From positions 64,001 to 128,000 of the forward strand of contig JBNKBE010000010.1 of NCBI GenBank assembly GCA_050287085.1: a stretch of DNA of 64,000 nt, in the 5' to 3' direction. Origin of the DNA: Polyangiaceae bacterium (GTDB lineage Bacteria; Myxococcota_A; Polyangia; Polyangiales; Polyangiaceae). A model generated the notes under the pieces. That model did not search any database, was not told the origin of the DNA, and saw only the letters and a list, made by a program, of their open reading frames with translations. The translations under genes were made by a program, and so were the position numbers. Shown piece after piece: positions 59,497 through 64,000 of the stretch (the first letter of the stretch is position 1; every line of letters begins with the position of its first letter).

Positions 59497-60510
59497 ATGT
59501 CGAACGACCGAAAGCGGAATGATAGCCGAGCGCCCTACTTCCGGTGGAGGGACTGTGGGTCGACCTGTGTTTGGATGCTCTGGTTCATCCTGGCCGCTCA
59601 ATGGATAGCGGAGACCCCGGCCTGGGGCGCGAGCGAGGAGGTGCTGGCATGTGCTACCTCCTACGAAGAGGCACAGTTGGAGCGACGTGAGAGCCGACTT
59701 CGTTCCGCGCGCGCGCACCTGCGGGTGTGCAGTCATTCCCGGTGTCCAGGTTTTATTCGTTCCGACTGCGAGCAGTGGATGAGTGAGGTGATGCGCGCAC
59801 TGCCGAGCGTTCTGTTCTCTGCCCTTGATGATAAGGGGGAGGTTCTTGAGCAGGTTGCGATCAGTGTTGATGGTATGCTCCTACCGAGCCACACTATCGG
59901 GGGCCCAATAGAACTCGACCCGGGCGAGCATCGGGTCGTCTTCAAGAGTGAGCTTGGCACCGTAGAGAAGACGATTGTTCTGCGGCAGGCTGAAAAGCAT
60001 CGCGTCGTCTCTGCTGTCTTCCAAACTCAGTCGATTCGAACCCAGACCGACGACGAGTCGGAAGGGAATTCAAATGCGTGTCCAAGTGCAGGTTGCGGAG
60101 CACGTTCGAGTGCGGGACGTTCGCAGCCGACGGAGGGCCGCGTCCCGGCGCCGGCGGACCTAGGGAGCATTCCGGCCGCGATGTGGTGGGCAGGTAGCGT
60201 CGGTGTCCTGGGCGCCGCCACCTTCACGGTCTCCGGTCTGATGGCGCGTAAGACGGCCCAGCAAGGCCGGGCTGAGTGCGACAACGCTGGGTGCGTCGAG
60301 TCGCGGCTCGACAAGTACGTTGACCGCGAGCGGCGCCAGATACTCGTCGCCAATACCGGTCTGGCGGTCGGCGCAGCGGGCTTCTTGACCGCCGCGGTTC
60401 TGGCATTCGTCTTCGACGACGCTGAGGTTAAGGAGGAAGCCACCGCCGCTCGAGTGGCGCTGACTGTTCGGCGTGGGGGTGGCGTCTTGTCTTGGCAACA
60501 GGCGTTCTAG
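59497..60510 (+). CDS. Myxobacterial PEGA-like domain protein
   Basis: CATSYEEAQ...CSHSRCPGFIRSDCEQW, ISVDG, IELDPGEHRV, two C-terminal hydrophobic helices, terminal F; start uncertain. Confidence 0.75.
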   Translation: MSNDRKRNDSRAPYFRWRDCGSTCVWMLWFILAAQWIAETPAWGASEEVLACATSYEEAQLERRESRLRSARAHLRVCSHSRCPGFIRSDCEQWMSEVMRALPSVLFSALDDKGEVLEQVAISVDGMLLPSHTIGGPIELDPGEHRVVFKSELGTVEKTIVLRQAEKHRVVSAVFQTQSIRTQTDDESEGNSNACPSAGCGARSSAGRSQPTEGRVPAPADLGSIPAAMWWAGSVGVLGAATFTVSGLMARKTAQQGRAECDNAGCVESRLDKYVDRERRQILVANTGLAVGAAGFLTAAVLAFVFDDAEVKEEATAARVALTVRRGGGVLSWQQAF

Positions 60511-60534
60511 ACGGAGCGCGCCGCGGCGAGTCCG

Positions 60535-61980
60535 TCAGGGTTTGGCGATAGAGTCCAAGGGTTGGTCGCTTGTGCACCCGCGCACCATGGCATCGAGGAT
60601 TTCGGGGAACACAACCTGGTTGTTGCTGCGGTCGAAAAGGCCAAAGTTCTCCTGGCCCGTACCCACCCCGCCATTGTCCCAATAGACGGGCACGATACCT
60701 CGTTGACAGGCTGCCTGGGTGACGTACTCCATGTAGTAGCGGCGGTAGCTGGCGCCGCCAGCGGCGTTCACTGCTCCGTACTCGCCAAAGATCATGGGCA
60801 GGCCTTGCGAGATGTATTCGCTTTCTAGTCGGTCAAACTGCGCGACCACGTGGTCTTCTTGGCCCCAGTCGTCTGCGCCCTCCGCGCCGTTGCCCCAAGC
60901 CGACGTCGAGCCTTCACCCGCGAATGACCAGGGGTCGTAGTAGTGTACGGACAGAATCAAGCGATCGGCAATGGTGTCCTGCGGCAGAACGAAACCCTCC
61001 AACGTATAGTCGATGTTGGTGTTGTAGCCCGGAACCACCAGCTTGCGCGTGGCATTGCCGCCTCCGGAGTTGCGCACAATGTCGACGAACACCTGGTTCA
61101 GATTGTTGATGATGCCGTAGTAGGCCGGGTCGGGCTTATCGTACCCGTCATGGATCTCGTTCATGGATTCGAACAAGAGCTTGTCGTCGAAGTCGCGAAA
61201 GTGCTCGGCTAGCTGCGTCCAGATTCGCACGAAGCGCGCTTCAACAGCGGTATTGTTCGCTTCGGTGATGGCGCCATCAGCGTCGTTGAGCGTTAGCCAC
61301 TCGACGCCTTGTAGGCCGTCGGCGCCGTCGTGGTGAATGTTGATAATAGCGTATAGGCCCTCGTCCAACACGTACTGCACTACTTCTGCGACGCGGCTAA
61401 GGCGGGCTCCGTCGATGGTGAAGTCAGGTCCGGGTCCGGTAAACTGGGTCCAGGTTACCGGGACGCGAACGAGCCCAAACCCCGCGTTGGCCACGGCTTG
61501 AATGAGTGCGCGCGAGACTGGGGGATTACCCCATTCTTCCTCGCCCTCGGGCACGTCCAAACTATTGCCCAGGTTCCAGCCCAGCTTTGCGCCGGCGAGC
61601 AGATCGGGCGCTTCCTGCCCGTCGTCGGAGGGGCGACCACCACTATCGCCGTCACCGGGCATTCCGGCCTGGTCGCCATCATCCATGTCCATATTGTCAT
61701 TTCCGCTGGCCCCGCCTTGCGTTGAGGCAACGGAGCCTCCCATCCCCGCTGTCGCAGCGCCCGCCGTGCCGACGAAACCGCCGTGCCCACCGCTGGCGTC
61801 GCCGCCGCTCGCAGCGGAAGTATTTCCTGAAACGCCATCGGCGGGCGTACCCGCAGTGTCCGATTTCCCGGGATCTACTGCTTGTGATTCAGATGTACAG
61901 GCTGAGAGCAAGACCGCAGGGAGAATGAGCAGGGTGCTATGCCGGTTGCGGCGTCGTCGCGCGGTGGAGTCGATGGCCAT
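60535..61980 (-). CDS. Glycoside hydrolase family 5 endoglucanase-like lipoprotein
   Basis: Lipobox LSAC; GWNLGNSLD, RVPVTW, INIHHD, FESMNE, VHYY, FGEYG, YWDNG. Confidence 0.95.
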   Translation of the reverse strand: MAIDSTARRRRNRHSTLLILPAVLLSACTSESQAVDPGKSDTAGTPADGVSGNTSAASGGDASGGHGGFVGTAGAATAGMGGSVASTQGGASGNDNMDMDDGDQAGMPGDGDSGGRPSDDGQEAPDLLAGAKLGWNLGNSLDVPEGEEEWGNPPVSRALIQAVANAGFGLVRVPVTWTQFTGPGPDFTIDGARLSRVAEVVQYVLDEGLYAIINIHHDGADGLQGVEWLTLNDADGAITEANNTAVEARFVRIWTQLAEHFRDFDDKLLFESMNEIHDGYDKPDPAYYGIINNLNQVFVDIVRNSGGGNATRKLVVPGYNTNIDYTLEGFVLPQDTIADRLILSVHYYDPWSFAGEGSTSAWGNGAEGADDWGQEDHVVAQFDRLESEYISQGLPMIFGEYGAVNAAGGASYRRYYMEYVTQAACQRGIVPVYWDNGGVGTGQENFGLFDRSNNQVVFPEILDAMVRGCTSDQPLDSIAKP

Positions 61981-62158
61981 GACACCATTGTAGTACCGGA
62001 GCTCGACCGCGTCGGAGGCGTGTTGCATCCGTTGCATTCTTGGGCCTGAGAGTCGCTCAAGTGCGATCTTTCGACGGCATTTCAGGGAGGGCCACGACGA
62101 GCCTGCCCGCTACGGCGGAGGAGCAGCCGGCGCAATAGGACTCTTCCGTTCGCCGCCC

Positions 62159-63055
62159 CTAGATCGAACTCTTTGCGAACTCTACCTGGCGCACCGCTTC
62201 TTCCCGCAGCGGCTCGACTTCGGCGTCGTACATGGACAGCTCATGCGTGGCAAATGCGATCTGGGTATCCGGGGTTTCGGTTCCTGCGGGGGCTCCGGCC
62301 TCGGCGATCAGTCCGTCCGCGAGCGCGACCGCGGCGGCCAAGGGCTGGGCCGCACCATCGAGGGCGAGGTCATGGTGATGCCGGAGGACCCCGCGTACGT
62401 CGTCCGGCAGGCCCCATGCCTTGGCGAGGATCTCCGACGCTTCCGTGTGAACCTCTTCGACTGCCGCACGGACGTCTTCGTAGTCGGGAAGCGGAGCGCC
62501 GTTCCCAACGTCCGCTGCGATGAGGAGTCCGGCTGCGATACCTACGTCATGCAACAGTCCACACATGTAGGCGTATTCGTCACGCAGCGTCTTGGTCTGG
62601 AATATCTTGCGCGTGAGTCCCGCGACTGCCGTGGAGTGAATTCTGAGCGCCTCCATGGGTTCCTGAAAGCTCGGTGCTCGAAACACGCGGGTGGTCAGCG
62701 CTTCGCGCAGGAAGAGGTCTCCGAGCGTCCGCAAGCCGAGTCGAGAGAGCGCCTCATCCAAGGATTGGATCGGTCTGCCGCGTGAATAGAAGGCGCTCTT
62801 CGCGAGGCGCAGGACCTTGGCCGCGATCAGGGGCTCGGTCTTGACCAACGCGGTTACCTTGCTGAAGGATACCTCGCTGTCGCGCGACAACTCGAGCAGC
62901 TCCAGAGCGACGGCTGGCAATACCGGAGGCTGGTAGTCGTCGCTGGCAAGTACCGAGCGCAGGCGTAGCAGCAGAGCGTCTGAAGCTTCAGTACCGGTTG
63001 CGAGTGCAACGCTGGCGCGCGGGGAGCCGAGGCGGTTTTCGTTTTCGCAGTGCAA
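62159..63055 (-). CDS. HDOD domain protein
   Basis: PPVLPAVALELL, AKVLRLAKS, LSRLG, GLLHDVG, AWGLP. Confidence 0.92.
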   Translation of the reverse strand: MHCENENRLGSPRASVALATGTEASDALLLRLRSVLASDDYQPPVLPAVALELLELSRDSEVSFSKVTALVKTEPLIAAKVLRLAKSAFYSRGRPIQSLDEALSRLGLRTLGDLFLREALTTRVFRAPSFQEPMEALRIHSTAVAGLTRKIFQTKTLRDEYAYMCGLLHDVGIAAGLLIAADVGNGAPLPDYEDVRAAVEEVHTEASEILAKAWGLPDDVRGVLRHHHDLALDGAAQPLAAAVALADGLIAEAGAPAGTETPDTQIAFATHELSMYDAEVEPLREEAVRQVEFAKSSI

Positions 63056-63237
63056 TGCAAACTACAGAGCGGCCAGTTGCGACGTCCCTCAAAGGGGGCC
63101 TCACTGCATTTATCAGGTCTTCTGCCGTCGCTGTTTCACTTGGAACCGATTCTGATGGCGCTGTGCTATCCCACAGATTCACAGGTGTCAGGGCGTTGAG
63201 CCAGGTGTTCGGAGTCGGCCTATGGGCGGCTGCAGCG

Positions 63238-63999
63238 CTAGGGCACCGCCAGGAGCTCCAGCTCCTTGATTCCAGTATTACCACCTGTAGTCTTGAGCGC
63301 GTTCAGTCGCACGTGCTGTGTGGAATAGGGGCGGGCGAGCTCGAATACGTAGCGTTCGTCGGGATCGGGAGCGTCAAAGGGGCCGACCGTTTCGTCCTCG
63401 TCGAAGACGAGCTCAAACGACTGGATGATCGAGCTCCCATCACTCATCTTGCGACTCCGAAAAGCGACGGCATCAATACGGTGTACGCTGCCGAGATCGA
63501 GTTCGAGATAGGCCGCATCGCCGTCTCCGCCGGTGGCCCACTCGGTGCTCATTTGGCCGTCGATAGCCATTTGAGCGCCCCACGCGTCGCTGTCCTTGGC
63601 GTCTCCGAAATTGGAGCTTCTACCGGTGACCGTCGCACCCGAGTCCAGCGACGCTACGTTGACGCGCTCGTCGCTTTCGACGGCCGCGGCCGTCTTGGTT
63701 TCAAACGAATACGTACTCGAGTAGAAAGTCTCGTTGCTGCGAGACATTGCCCAAGCGCGGAAGTAGACGCGCGTTTTCGGGGGCAGGTCTTCCAGCGGGA
63801 CCCGGTGGGTGAGGGCGAAGGGATTGTCGGGATCCATATCCGGATCGATGGCGTGGTGGCTGAGGTCCTTCTCGGACGTGCCCCATTGCACCTCGCAGGT
63901 GGTTTCCCCGACGGTGTCGAATCGCACCGTGGCGCGGTCCGAGCCGATGTCGGTAGCGCGCACGTCCACAAATTGCGCATCGTCCAAGACGGGGTTTTC
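63238..63999 (-). CDS. FN3-like plus discoidin (F5/8 type C) domain protein, 5' truncated by window edge
   Basis: HRVPLEDLPPKTRVYFR, AIDGQMSTEW, LELDLG, GIKELEL; frame open to edge. Confidence 0.8.
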   Translation of the reverse strand, partial: ENPVLDDAQFVDVRATDIGSDRATVRFDTVGETTCEVQWGTSEKDLSHHAIDPDMDPDNPFALTHRVPLEDLPPKTRVYFRAWAMSRSNETFYSSTYSFETKTAAAVESDERVNVASLDSGATVTGRSSNFGDAKDSDAWGAQMAIDGQMSTEWATGGDGDAAYLELDLGSVHRIDAVAFRSRKMSDGSSIIQSFELVFDEDETVGPFDAPDPDERYVFELARPYSTQHVRLNALKTTGGNTGIKELELLAVP

Positions 64000-64000
64000 G

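Overview
GC-rich bacterial DNA whose gene content points to a myxobacterium (inference from DUF1592/DUF1552 pair, CGDDGCGGxC repeats, Ser/Thr kinase, PEGA-like protein). 1-33.8 kb is mostly a Wzx/Wzy exopolysaccharide locus of the M. xanthus type: short OPX plus separate beta-barrel, kinase-less co-polymerase, stand-alone BY pseudokinase, GT2/GT4s and a GH9. It is bracketed by two acyl-carrier-protein modules (LbH-FkbH plus LbH-ACP fusions; ACP/SDR/AMP-ligase/LbH). Also present: an alkB-like/dinB operon with a LexA-type box, a xylose ABC transporter, pfkA, frmA/fghA, and several secreted proteins. The most striking find is 46970-47707(-), a 245-aa Lys-rich protein that aligns by eye along the gasdermin pore-forming domain but carries a Sec signal peptide and has no adjacent protease, i.e. 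a candidate secreted gasdermin-like toxin. Six genes look leaderless. No rRNA, tRNA, CRISPR or transposase was recognised. All calls are by eye; no searches were run.
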